A stretch of DNA of 64,000 nucleotides. It comes from Eledone cirrhosa (Eukaryota). The stretch covers positions 105,090,001 to 105,154,000 of the forward strand of contig OZ024744.1 of the NCBI GenBank assembly GCA_964016885.1, in the 5' to 3' direction. The notes under the pieces were generated by a model. The model was not told the origin of the DNA. It saw only the letters and a list, made by a program, of their open reading frames with translations, and ran no database searches. Below are positions 25,301 through 39,400 of the stretch, one piece after another. The position numbers were made by a program, and so were the translations under genes. Every line of letters begins with the position of its first letter. Position 1 is the first letter of the stretch.

Positions 25301-27470
25301 GTGTCTACGGTTGTATGCCGTCTATGACTAGTCTGTGTCTACGTTTGTATGCCGTCTATGACTAGTCTGTGTCTACGGTTGTATGCCGTCTGTGACTAGT
25401 CTGTGTCTACGGTTGTATGCCGTCTATGACTAATCTGTGTCTACGGTTGTATGCCATCTATGACTAGTCTGTGTGTACGGTTGTATGCCGTCTATGACTA
25501 GTCTGTGTCTACGGTTGTATGCCGTCTATGACTAGTCTGTGTCTACAGTTGTATGCCGTTTATGACTAGTCTGTGTGTACGGTTATATGCCGTCTATGAC
25601 TAGTCTGTGTCTACAGTTGTATGCCGTCTATGACTGGTCTGTGTCTACAGTTGTATGCCGTCTATGACTAGTCTGTGTCTACAGTTGTATACCGTTTATG
25701 ACTTGTCTATGTCTACAGTTGTATGCCGTCTATGACTAGTCTGTGTCTACGGTTGTATGCCGTCTATGACTAGTCTGTGTCTACGGTTGTATGCCGTCAA
25801 TGACTAGACTGTGTCTACAGTTGTATGCCATCTATGACTAGTCTGTGTCTACTGCTGTATGCAGTCTATGACTAGTCTGTGTCTACGGTTGTATGCAGGC
25901 TATGACTAGTCATTGTCTACGGTTGTATGCAGGTTATGACTAGTCTGTGTCTACGGTTGTATGCCGTCTATGACTAGTTTGTGTCTACAGTTGTATGCCG
26001 TCTATGACTAGTCTGTGTCTTCGGTTGTATGCCGTCTGTGACTAGTCTGTGTGTACGGTTGTATTCCGTCTATGACTAGTCTGTGTCTACGGTTTATGCC
26101 GTCTATGACTAGTCTGTGTCTACGGTTGTATGCCATCTATGACTAGTCTGTGTGTACGGTTGTATGCCGTCTATGACTAGTCTGTGTCTACGGTTGTATG
26201 CCGTCTATGACTAGTCTGTGTCTACGGTTGTATGCCGTCTATGACTAGTCTGTGTCTACGGTTGTATGCCGTCTATGACTAGAATGTGTCTACGGCTGTA
26301 TGCCATCTATGACTAGTCTGTGTGTAATGTTGTATGCCGTCTATGACTAGTCTGTGTCTACGCTTGTATGCCGTCTATGACTAGTCTGTGTGTACGGTTG
26401 TATGCCGTCTATGACTAGTCTGATCCACGGTTGTATGCCGTCTATGACTAGTCTGTGTCTTCGGTTGTATGCCGTCTATGACTAGTCTGTGTCTACGGTT
26501 GTATGCCGTCTATGACTAGTCTGTGTCTACAGTTGTATGCCGTCTATGACTAGTCTGTGTCTACGGTTGTATGCCGTCTATGACTATTCTGTGTCTATGG
26601 CTGTATGCCGTCTATGACTAGTCTGTGTCTACGGTTGTATGCCGTCTATGACTAGTCTGATCCACGGTAGTATGCCGTCTATGACTAGTCTGATCCACGG
26701 TTGTATGCCGTCTATGACTAGTCTGTGTCTTCAGTTGTATGCCGTTTATGACTAGTCTGTGTCTACGGTTGTATGCCGTCTATGACTAGTCTGTGTCTAC
26801 GGTTGTATGCCGTCTATGACTAGTCGGTGTGTACGGTTGTATGCCGTCTATGAATAGTCTGTGTCTACGGTTGTATGCCGTCTATGACTAGTCTGTGCCT
26901 ACGGTTGTATGCCGTCTATGACTAGTCTGTGTCTACAGTTGTATGCCGTCTATGACTAGTCTGTGTCTATGGTTGTATGCCATCTATGACTAGTCTGTGT
27001 CTACAGTTGTATGCCGTCTATGACTAGTCTGTGTCTACGGTTGTATGCCGTCTATGACTAGTCTGTGTGTACGGTTGTATGCCGTCTATGACTAGTCTGT
27101 GTGTACAGTTGTATGCCGTCTATGACTAGTCTGTGTCTACGGTTGTATGCCGTCTATGACTAGTCTGTGTCTACGGTTGTATGCCGTCTATGACTAGTCT
27201 GTGTCTACAGTTGTATGCCGTCTATGACTAGTCTGTGTCTACGGTTGTATGCCGTCTATGACTAGTCTGTGTCTACGGTTGTATGCCGTCTATGACTAGT
27301 CTGTGTCTACGGTTGTATGCCGTCTATGACTAGTCTGTGTCTACGGTTGTATGCCGTCTGTGACTAATCTGTGTCTACGGTTGTATGCCGTCTATGACTA
27401 GTCTGTGTCTACAGTTGTATGCCGTCTATGACTAGTCTGTGTCTACGGTTGTATGCCGTCTATGACTAGT
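19400..27470. repeat. Tandem duplication with ~4,029-bp period (119 monomers): ~19.4-23.4 kb and ~23.4-27.5 kb
   Basis: Markers at a constant 4,029 offset: GTGCACGG 19417/23446, CATGAG 20261/24290, GTATACGG 20474/24503. 4029 = 119x34 - 17 (two 6-bp deletions, one 1-bp deletion, four 33-bp GATCC monomers). Confidence 0.88.
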
Positions 27471-30400
27471 CTGTGTGTACGGCTGTATGCCGTCTATGAC
27501 TAGTCTGTGTCTACAGTTGTATGCCGTCTATGACTAGTCTGTGTCTACGGTTGTATGCCATCTATGACTAGTCTGTGTGTACGGTTGTATGCCGTCTATG
27601 ACTAGTCTGTGTCTACGGTTGTATGCAGTCTATGACTAGTCTGTGTCTACAGTTGTATGCCGTCTATGACTAGTCTATGTGTACGGTTGTATGCCGTCTA
27701 TGACTAGTCTCTGTCTACGGTTGTATGCCGTCTATGACTAGTCTATGTTTACGGTTGTATGCCGTCTATGACTAGTCTGTGTCTACGGTTGTATGCCGTC
27801 TATGACTTGTCTGTGTCTACGGTTGTATGCCGTCTATGACTAGTCTGTGTCTACGGTTGTATGCCGTCTATGACTAGTCTGTGTGTACGGTTGTATGCCG
27901 TCTATGACTAGTCTGATCCACGGTTGTATGCCGTATATGACTAGTCTGTGTGTACGGTTGTATGCAGTCTATGACTAGTCTGTGTCTACGGTTGTATGCC
28001 ATCTATGACTAGTCTGTGTCTACGGTTGTATGCCGCCTATGACTAGTCTGTGTCTACTGTTGTATGCCGTCTATGACTAGTTTGTGTCTACGGTTGTATA
28101 CCGTCTATGACTAGTCTGTGTCTACGGTTGTATGCCGTCTATGACTAGTCTGTGTCTACTGCTGTATGCCGTCTATGACTAGTCTGTGTGTACGGTTGTA
28201 TGCCGTCTATGACTAGTCTGTGTGTACGGTTGTATGCCGTCTATGACTAGTCTGTGTCTACGGTTGTATGCCGTCTATGACTAGTCTGATCCACGGTTGT
28301 ATGCCGTCTATGACTAGTCTGTGTCTACGGTTGTATGCCGTCTATGACTAGTCTGTGTCTACGGTTGTATGCAGTCTATGACTAGTCTGTGTCTACAGTT
28401 GTATGCCGTCTATGACTAGTCTGTGTCTACGGTGGTATGTCGTCTATGACTAGTCTGATCCACAGTTGTATGCCGTCTATGACTAGTCTGTGTCTTCGGT
28501 TGTATGCCGTCTATGACTAGTCTGTGTCTACGGTTGTATGCCGTCTATGACTAGTCTGTGTCTACAGTTGTATGCCGTCTATGACTAGTCTGTGTCTATG
28601 GTTGTATGCCATCTATGACTAATCTGTGTCTACAGTTGTATGCCGTCTATGACTAGTCTGTGTCTACGGTTGTATGCCGTCTATGACTAGTCTGTGTGTA
28701 CGGTTGTATGCCGTCTATGACTAGTCTGTGTGTACGGTTGTATGCCGTCTATGACTAGTCTGTGTCTACGGTTGTATGCCGTCTATGACTAGTATGTGTG
28801 TACGGTTGTATGCCGTCTATGACTAGTCTGTGTCTACGGTTGTATGCCGTCTATGACTAGTCTGTGTCTACGGTTGTATGCCGTCTATGACTAGTCTGTG
28901 TCTACAGTTGTATGCCGTCTATGACTAGTCTGTGTCTACGGTTGTATGCCGTCTATGACTAGTCTGATCCACGGTTGTATGCCGTCTATGACTAGTCTGT
29001 GTCTTCGGTTGTATGCCGTTTCTGACTAGTCTGTGTCTACGGTTGTATGCCCTCTATGACTAGTCTGTGTCTAGAGTTGTATGCCGTCTATGACTAGTCT
29101 GTGTCTACGGTTGTATGCCGTCTATGACTATTCTGTGTCTATGGCTGTATGCCGTCTATGACTAGTCTGTGTCTACGGTTGTATGCCGTCTATGACTAGT
29201 CTGATCCACGGTTGTATGCCGTCTATGACTAGTCTGATCCACGGTTGTATGCCGTCTATGACTAGTCTGTGTCTTCAGTTGTATGCCGTTTATGACTAGT
29301 CTGTGTCTACGGTTGTATGCCGTCTATGACTAGTCTGTGTCTACGGTTGTATGCCGTCTATGACTAGTCGGTGTGTACGGTTGTATGCCGTCTATGACTA
29401 GTCTGTGTCTACGGTTGTATGCCGTCTATGACTAGTCTGTGTCTACAGTTGTATGCCGTCTATGACTAGTCTGTGCCTACGGTTGTATGCCGTCTATGAC
29501 TAGTATGTGTCTACGGTTGTATGCCGTCTATGACTAGTCTGTGTGTACGGTTGTATGCCGTCTATGACTAGTCTGTGTGTACGGTTGTATGCCGTCTATG
29601 ACTAGTTTGTGTCTACGGTTGTATGCCATCTATGACTAGTCTGTGTGTACGGTTGTATGCCGTCTATGACTAGTCTGTGTCTACGGTTGTATGCCGTCTA
29701 TGACTAGTCTGTGTCTACGGTTGTATGCCGTCTATGACTAGTCTGTGTCTACAGTTGTATGCCGTCTATGACTAGTTTGTGTCTACGGTTGTATACGGTC
29801 TATGACTAGTCTGTGTCTACGGTTGTATGCAGTCTATGACTAGTCTGTGTCTACGGTTGTATGCCGTCTATGACTAGTCTGTGTCTACGGTTGTATGCCG
29901 TCTATGACTAGTCTGTGTCTACAGTTGTATGCCGTCTATGACTAGTCTGTGTGTACGGTGGTATGCAGTCTATGACTAGTCTGTGTCTACGGTTGTATGC
30001 CGTCTATGACTAGTCTGTGTGTACGGTTGTATGCAGTCTATGACTAGTCTGTGTCTACGGTTGTATGCCGTCTATGACTAGTCTGTGTCTACAGTTGTAT
30101 GCCATCTATGACTAGTCTGTGTGTACGGTTGTATGCAGTATATGACTAGTCTGTGTCTACAGTTGTATGCCGTCTATGACTAGCCTGAGTCTACGGTTGT
30201 ATGCAGTCTATGACTAGTCTGTGTGTACGGTTGTATGCCGTCTATGACTAGTCTACGGCTGTGTGCCGTCTATGACTAGTCTGTGTCTACGGTTGTATGC
30301 CGTCTATGACTAGTCTGTGTCTACAGTTGTATGGCGTCTATGACTAGTCTGTGTCTTCGGTTGTATGCCGTCTATGACTAGTCTGTGTCTACGGTTGTAT

Positions 30401-33400
30401 GCCGTCTATGACTAGTCTGTGTCTACGGTTGTATGCAGTCTATGACTAGTCTGTGTCTACGGTTGTATGCCGTCTATGACTAGTCTGTGTCTACGGTTGT
30501 ATGCCGTCTATGACTAGTCTGTGTCTACAGTTGTATGCCGTCTATGACTAGTCTGTGTCTTCGGTTGTATGCCGTCTATGACTAGTCTGTGTCTACGGTT
30601 GTATGCCGTCTATGACTAGTCTGTGTCTACGTTTGTATGCCGGCTATGACTAGTCTGTGTCTACGGTTGTATGCCGTCTGTGACTAGTCTGTGTCTACGG
30701 TTGTATGCCGTCTATGACTAATCTGTGTCTACGGTTGTATGCCATCTATGACTAGTCTGTGTGTACGGTTGTATGCCGTCTATGACTAGTCTGTGTCTAC
30801 GGTTGTATGCCGTCTATGACTAGTCTGTGTCTACAGTTGTATGCCGTCTATGACTGGTCTGTGTCTACAGTTGTATGCCGTCTATGACTAGTCTGTGTCT
30901 ACAGTTGTATACCGTCTATGACTTGTCTATGTCTACAGTTGTATGCCGTCTATGACTAGTCTGTGTCTACGGTTGTATGCCGTCTATGACTAGTCTGTGT
31001 CTACGGTTGTATGCCGTCAATGACTAGACTGTGTCTACAGTTGTATGCCATCTATGACTAGTCTGTGTCTACTGCTGTATGCAGTCTATGACTAGTCTGT
31101 GTCTACGGTTGTATGCAGGCTATGACTAGTCACTGTCTACGGTTGTATGCAGGTTATGACTAGTCTGTGTCTACGGTTGTATGCCGTCTATGACTAGTTT
31201 GTGTCTACAGTTGTATGCCGTCTATGACTAGTCTGTGTCTTCGGTTGTATGCCGTCTGTGACTAGTCTGTGTGTACGGTTGTATTCCGTCTATGACTAGT
31301 CTGTGTCTACGGTTTATGCCGTCTATGACTAGTCTGTGTCTACGGTTGTATGCCATCTATGACTAGTCTGTGTGTACGGTTGTATGCCGTCTATGACTAG
31401 TCTGTGTCTACGGTTGTATGCCGTCTATGACTAGTCTGTGTCTACGGTTGTATGCCGTCTATGACTAGTCTGTGTCTACGGTTGTATGCCGTCTATGACT
31501 AGAATGTGTCTACGGCTGTATGCCATCTATGACTAGTCTGTGTGTAATGTTGTATGCCGTCTATGACTAGTCTGTGTCTACGCTTGTATGCCGTCTATGA
31601 CTAGTCTGTGTGTACGGTTGTATGCCGTCTATGACTAGTCTGATCCACGGTTGTATGCCGTCTATGACTAGTCTGTGTCTTCGGTTGTATGCCGTCTATG
31701 ACTAGTCTGTGTCTACGGTTGTATGCCGTCTATGACTAGTCTGTGTCTACAGTTGTATGCCGTCTATGACTAGTCTGTGTCTACGGTTGTATGCCGTCTA
31801 TGACTATTCTGTGTCTATGGCTGTATGCCGTCTATGACTAGTCTGTGTCTACGGTTGTATGCCGTCTATGACTAGTCTGATCCACGGTAGTATGCCGTCT
31901 ATGACTAGTCTGATCCACGGTTGTATGCCGTCTATGACTAGTCTGTGTCTTCAGTTGTATGCCGTTTATGACTAGTCTGTGTCTACGGTTGTATGCCGTC
32001 TATGACTAGTCTGTGTCTACGGTTGTATGCCGTCTATGACTAGTCGGTGTGTACGGTTGTATGCCGTCTATGAATAGTCTGTGTCTACGGTTGTATGCCG
32101 TCTATGACTAGTCTGTGCCTACGGTTGTATGCCGTCTATGACTAGTCTGTGTCTACAGTTGTATGCCGTCTATGACTAGTCTGTGTCTATGGTTGTATGC
32201 CATCTATGACTAGTCTGTGTCTACAGTTGTATGCCGTCTATGACTAGTCTGTGTCTACGGTTGTATGCCGTCTATGACTAGTCTGTGTGTACGGTTGTAT
32301 GCCGTCTATGACTAGTCTGTGTGTACAGTTGTATGCCGTCTATGACTAGTCTGTGTCTACGGTTGTATGCCGTCTATGACTAGTCTGTGTCTACGGTTGT
32401 ATGCCGTCTATGACTAGTCTGTGTCTACAGTTGTATGCCGTCTATGACTAGTCTGTGTCTACGGTTGTATGCCGTCTATGACTAGTCTGTGTCTACGGTT
32501 GTATGCCGTCTATGACTAGTCTGTGTCTACGGTTGTATGCCGTCTATGACTAGTCTGTGTCTACGGTTGTATGCCGTCTATGACTAATCTGTGTCTACGG
32601 TTGTATGCCGTCTATGACTAGTCTGTGTCTACAGTTGTATGCCGTCTATGACTAGTCTGTGTCTACGGTTGTATGCCGTCTATGACTAGTCTGTGTGTAC
32701 GGCTGTATGCCGTCTATGACTAGTCTGTGTCTACAGTTGTATGCCGTCTATGACTAGTCTGTGTCTACGGTTGTATGCCATCTATGACTAGTCTGTGTGT
32801 ACGGTTGTATGCCGTCTATGACTAGTCTGTGTCTACGGTTGTATGCAGTCTATGACTAGTCTGTGTCTACAGTTGTATGCCGTCTATGACTAGTCTATGT
32901 GTACGGTTGTATGCCGTCTATGACTAGTCTCTGTCTACGGTTGTATGCCGTCTATGACTAGTCTATGTTTACGGTTGTATGCCGTCTATGACTAGTCTGT
33001 GTCTACGGTTGTATGCCGTCTATGACTTGTCTGTGTCTACGGTTGTATGCCGTCTATGACTAGTCTGTGTCTACGGTTGTATGCCGTCTATGACTAGTCT
33101 GTGTGTACGGTTGTATGCCGTCTATGACTAGTCTGTGTCTACTGTTGTATGCCGTATATGACTAGTCTGTGTGTACGGTTGTATGCAGTCTATGACTAGT
33201 CTGTGTCTAGGGTTGTATGCCATCTATGACTAGTCTGTGTCTACGGTTGTATGCCGCCTATGACTAGTCTGTGTCTACTGTTGTATGCCGTCTATGACTA
33301 GTTTGTGTCTACGGTTGTATACCGTCTATGACTAGTCTGTGTCTACGGTTGTATGCCGTCTATGACTAGTCTGTGTCTACTGCTGTATGCCGTCTATGAC

Positions 33401-36400
33401 TAGTCTGTGTGTACGGTTGTATGCCGTCTATGACTAGTCTGTGTGTACGGTTGTATGCCGTCTATGACTAGTCTGTGTCTACGGTTGTATGCCGTCTATG
33501 ACTAGTCTGATCCACGGTTGTATGCCGTCTATGACTAGTCTGTGTCTACGGTTGTATGCCGTCTATGACTAGTCTGTGTCTACGGTTGTATGCAGTCTAT
33601 GACTAGTCTGTGTCTACAGTTGTATGCCGTCTATGACTAGTCTGTGTCTACGGTGGTATGCCGTCTATGACTAGTCTGATCCACAGTTGTATGCCGTCTA
33701 TGACTAGTCTGTGTCTTCGGTTGTATGCCGTCTATGACTAGTCTGTGTCTACGGTTGTATGCCGTCTATGACTAGTCTGTGTCTACAGTTGTATGCCGTC
33801 TATGACTAGTCTGTGTCTATGGTTGTATGCCATCTATGACTAATCTGTGTCTACAGTTGTATGCCGTCTATGACTAGTCTGTGTCTACGGTTGTATGCCG
33901 TCTATGACTAGTCTGTGTGTACGGTTGTATGCCGTCTATGACTAGTCTGTGTGTACGGTTGTATGCCGTCTATGACTAGTCTGTGTCTACGGTTGTATGC
34001 CGTCTATGACTAGTATGTGTGTACGGTTGTATGCCGTCTATGACTAGTCTGTGTCTACGGTTGTATGCCGTCTATGACTAGTCTGTGTCTACGGTTGTAT
34101 GCCGTCTATGACTAGTCTGTGTCTACAGTTGTATGCCGTCTATGACTAGTCTGTGACTACGGTTGTATGCCGTCTATGACTAGTCTGATCCACGGTTGTA
34201 TGCCGTCTATGACTAGTCTGTGTCTTCGGTTGTATGCCGTTTCTGACTAGTCTGTGTCTACGGTTGTATGCCGTCTATGACTAGTCTGTGTCTAGAGTTG
34301 TATGTCGTCTATGACTAGTCTGTGTCTACGGTTGTATGCCGTCTATGACTATTCTGTGTCTATGGCTGTATGCCGTCTATGACTAGTCTGTGTCTACGGT
34401 TGTATGCCGTCTACGACTAGTCTGATCCACGGTTGTATGCCGTCTATGACTAGTCTGATCCACGGTTGTATGCCGTCTATGACTAGTCTGTGTCTTCAGT
34501 TGTATGCCGTTTATGACTAGTCTGTGTCTACGGTTGTATGCCGTCTATGACTAGTCTGTGTCTACGGTTGTATGCCGTCTATGACTAGTCGGTGTGTACG
34601 GTTGTATGCCGTCTATGACTAGTCTGTGTCTACGGTTGTATGCCGTCTATGACTAGTCTGTGTCTACAGTTGTATGCCGTCTATGACTAGTCTGTGCCTA
34701 CGGTTGTATGCCGTCTATGACTAGTATGTGTCTACGGTTGTATGCCGTCTATGACTAGTCTGTGTGTACGGTTGTATGCCGTCTATGACTAGTCTGTGTG
34801 TACGGTTGTATGCCGTCTATGACTAGTTTGTGTCTACGGTTGTATGCCATCTATGACTAGTCTGTGTGTACGGTTGTATGCCGTCTATGACTAGTCTGTG
34901 TCTACGGTTGTATGCCGTCTATGACTAGTCTGTGTCTACGGTTGTATGCCGTCTATGACTAGTCTGTGTCTACAGTTGTATGCCGTCTATGACTAGTTTG
35001 TGTCTACGGTTGTATACGGTCTATGACTAGTCTGTGTCTACGGTTGTATGCAGTCTATGACTAGTCTGTGTCTACGGTTGTATGCCGTCTATGACTAGTC
35101 TGTGTCTACGGTTGTATGCCGTCTATGACTAGTCTGTGTCTACAGTTGTATGCCGTCTATGACTAGTCTGTGTGTACGGTGGTATGCAGTCTATGACTAG
35201 TCTGTGTCTACGGTTGTATGCCGTCTATGACTAGTCTGTGTGTACGGTTGTATGCAGTCTATGACTAGTCTGTGTCTACGGTTGTATGCCGTCTATGACT
35301 AGTCTGTGTCTACAGTTGTATGCCATCTATGACTAGTCTGTGTGTACGGTTGTATGCAGTATATGACTAGTCTGTGTCTACAGTTGTATGCCGTCTATGA
35401 CTAGCCTGAGTCTACGGTTGTATGCAGTCTATGACTAGTCTGTGTGTACGGTTGTATGCCGTCTATGACTAGTCTACGGCTGTGTGCCGTCTATGACTAG
35501 TCTGTGTCTACGGTTGTATGCCGTCTATGACTAGTCTGTGTCTACAGTTGTATGGCGTCTATGACTAGTCTGTGTCTTCGGTTGTATGCCGTCTATGACT
35601 AGTCTGTGTCTACGGTTGTATGCCGTCTATGACTAGTCTGTGTCTACGGTTGTATGCAGTCTATGACTAGTCTGTGTCTACGGTTGTATGCCGTCTATGA
35701 CTAGTCTGTGTCTACGGTTGTATGCCGTCTATGACTAGTCTGTGTCTACAGTTGTATGCCGTCTATGACTAGTCTGTGTCTTCGGTTGTATGCCGTCTAT
35801 GACTAGTCTGTGTCTACGGTTGTATGCCGTCTATGACTAGTCTGTGTCTACGTTTGTATGCCGTCTATGACTAGTCTGTGTCTACGGTTGTATGCCGTCT
35901 GTGACTAGTCTGTGTCTACGGTTGTATGCCGTCTATGACTAATCTGTGTCTACGGTTGTATGCCATCTATGACTAGTCTGTGTGTACGGTTGTATGCCGT
36001 CTATGACTAGTCTGTGTCTACGGTTGTATGCCGTCTATGACTAGTCTGTGTCTACAGTTGTATGCCGTTTATGACTAGTCTGTGTGTACGGTTATATGCC
36101 GTCTATGACTAGTCTGTGTCTACAGTTGTATGCCGTCTATGACTGGTCTGTGTCTACAGTTGTATGCCGTCTATGACTAGTCTGTGTCTACAGTTGTATA
36201 CCGTCTATGACTTGTCTATGTCTACAGTTGTATGCCGTCTATGACTAGTCTGTGTCTACGGTTGTATGCCGTCTATGACTAGTCTGTGTCTACGGTTGTA
36301 TGCCGTCAATGACTAGACTGTGTCTACAGTTGTATGCCATCTATGACTAGTCTGTGTCTACTGCTGTATGCAGTCTATGACTAGTCTGTGTCTACGGTTG

Positions 36401-39400
36401 TATGCAGGCTATGACTAGTCACTGTCTACGGTTGTATGCAGGTTATGACTAGTCTGTGTCTACGGTTGTATGCCGTCTATGACTAGTTTGTGTCTACAGT
36501 TGTATGCCGTCTATGACTAGTCTGTGTCTTCGGTTGTATGCCGTCTGTGACTAGTCTGTGTGTACGGTTGTATTCCGTCTATGACTAGTCTGTGTCTACG
36601 GTTTATGCCGTCTATGACTAGTCTGTGTCTACGGTTGTATGCCATCTATGACTAGACTGTGTGTACGGTTGTATGCCGTCTATGACTAGTCTGTGTCTAC
36701 GGTTGTATGCCGTCTATGACTAGTCTGTGTCTACGGTTGTATGCCGTCTATGACTAGTCTGTGTCTACGGTTGTATGCCGTCTATGACTAGAATGTGTCT
36801 ACGGCTGTATGCCATCTATGACTAGTCTGTGTGTAATGTTGTATGCCGTCTATGACTAGTCTGTGTCTACGCTTGTATGCCGTCTATGACTAGTCTGTGT
36901 GTACGGTTGTATGCCGTCTATGACTAGTCTGATCCACGGTTGTATGCCGTCTATGACTAGTCTGTGTCTTCGGTTGTATGCCGTCTATGACTAGTCTGTG
37001 TCTACGGTTGTATGCCGTCTATGACTAGTCTGTGTCTACAGTTGTATGCCGTCTATGACTAGTCTGTGTCTACGGTTGTATGCCGTCTATGACTATTCTG
37101 TGTCTATGGCTGTATGCCGTCTATGACTAGTCTGTGTCTACGGTTGTATGCCGTCTATGACTAGTCTGATCCACGGTAGTATGCCGTCTATGACTAGTCT
37201 GATCCACGGTTGTATGCCGTCTATGACTAGTCTGTGTCTTCAGTTGTATGCCGTTTATGACTAGTCTGTGTCTACGGTTGTATGCCGTCTATGACTAGTC
37301 TGTGTCTACGGTTGTATGCCGTCTATGACTAGTCGGTGTGTACGGTTGTATGCCGTCTATGAATAGTCTGTGTCTACGGTTGTATGCCGTCTATGACTAG
37401 TCTGTGCCTACGGTTGTATGCCGTCTATGACTAGTCTGTGTCTACAGTTGTATGCCGTCTATGACTAGTCTGTGTCTATGGTTGTATGCCATCTATGACT
37501 AGTCTGTGTCTACAGTTGTATGCCGTCTATGACTAGTCTGTGTCTACGGTTGTATGCCGTCTATGACTAGTCTGTGTGTACGGTTGTATGCCGTCTATGA
37601 CTAGTCTGTGTGTACAGTTGTATGCCGTCTATGACTAGTCTGTGTCTACGGTTGTATGCCGTCTATGACTAGTCTGTGTCTACGGTTGTATGCCGTCTAT
37701 GACTAGTCTGTGTCTACAGTTGTATGCCGTCTATGACTAGTCTGTGTCTACGGTTGTATGCCGTCTATGACTAGTCTGTGTCTACGGTTGTATGCCGTCT
37801 ATGACTAGTCTGTGTCTACGGTTGTATGCCGTCTATGACTAGTCTGTGTCTACGGTTGTATGCCGTCTATGACTAATCTGTGTCTACGGTTGTATGCCGT
37901 CTATGACTAGTCTGTGTCTACAGTTGTATGCCGTCTATGACTAGTCTGTGTCCACGGTTGTATGCCGTCTATGACTAGTCTGTGTGTACGGCTGTATGCC
38001 GTCTATGACTAGTCTGTGTCTACAGTTGTATGCCGTCTATGACTAGTCTGTGTCTACGGTTGTATGCCATCTATGACTAGTCTGTGTGTACGGTTGTATG
38101 CCGTCTATGACTAGTCTGTGTCTACGGTTGTATGCAGTCTATGACTAGTCTGTGTCTACAGTTGTATGCCGTCTATGACTAGTCTATGTGTACGGTTGTA
38201 TGCCGTCTATGACTAGTCTCTGTCTACGGTTGTATGCCGTCTATGACTAGTCTATGTTTACGGTTGTATGCCGTCTATGACTAGTCTGTGTCTACGGTTG
38301 TATGCCGTCTATGACTTGTCTGTGTCTACGGTTGTATGCCGTCTATGACTAGTCTGTGTCTACGGTTGTATGCCGTCTATGACTAGTCTGTGTGTACGGT
38401 TGTATGCCGTCTATGACTAGTCTGTGTCTACTGTTGTATGCCGTATATGACTAGTCTGTGTGTACGGTTGTATGCAGTCTATGACTAGTCTGTGTCTACG
38501 GTTGTATGCCATCTATGACTAGTCTGTGTCTACGGTTGTATGCCGCCTATGACTAGTCTGTGTCTACTGTTGTATGCCGTCTATGACTAGTTTGTGTCTA
38601 CGGTTGTATACCGTCTATGACTAGTCTGTGTCTACGGTTGTATGCCGTCTATGACTAGTCTGTGTCTACTGCTGTATGCCGTCTATGACTAGTCTGTGTG
38701 TACGGTTGTATGCCGTCTATGACTAGTCTGTGTGTACGGTTGTATGCCGTCTATGACTAGTCTGTGTCTACGGTTGTATGCCGTCTATGACTAGTCTGAT
38801 CCACGGTTGTATGCCGTCTATGACTAGTCTGTGTCTACGGTTGTATGCCGTCTATGACTAGTCTGTGTCTACGGTTGTATGCAGTCTATGACTAGTCTGT
38901 GTCTACAGTTGTATGCCGTCTATGACTAGTCTGTGTCTACGGTGGTATGCCGTCTATGACTAGTCTGATCCACAGTTGTATGCCGTCTATGACTAGTCTG
39001 TGTCTTCGGTTGTATGCCGTCTATGACTAGTCTGTGTCTACGGTTGTATGCCGTCTATGACTAGTCTGTGTCTACAGTTGTATGCCGTCTATGACTAGTC
39101 TGTGTCTATGGTTGTATGCCATCTATGACTAATCTGTGTCTACAGTTGTATGCCGTCTATGACTAGTCTGTGTCTACGGTTGTATGCCGTCTATGACTAG
39201 TCTGTGTGTACGGTTGTATGCCGTCTATGACTAGTCTGTGTGTACGGTTGTATGCCGTCTATGACTAGTCTGTGTCTACGGTTGTATGCCGTCTATGACT
39301 AGTATGTGTGTACGGTTGTATGCCGTCTATGACTAGTCTGTGTCTACGGTTGTATGCCGTCTATGACTAGTCTGTGTCTACGGTTGTATGCCGTCTATGA

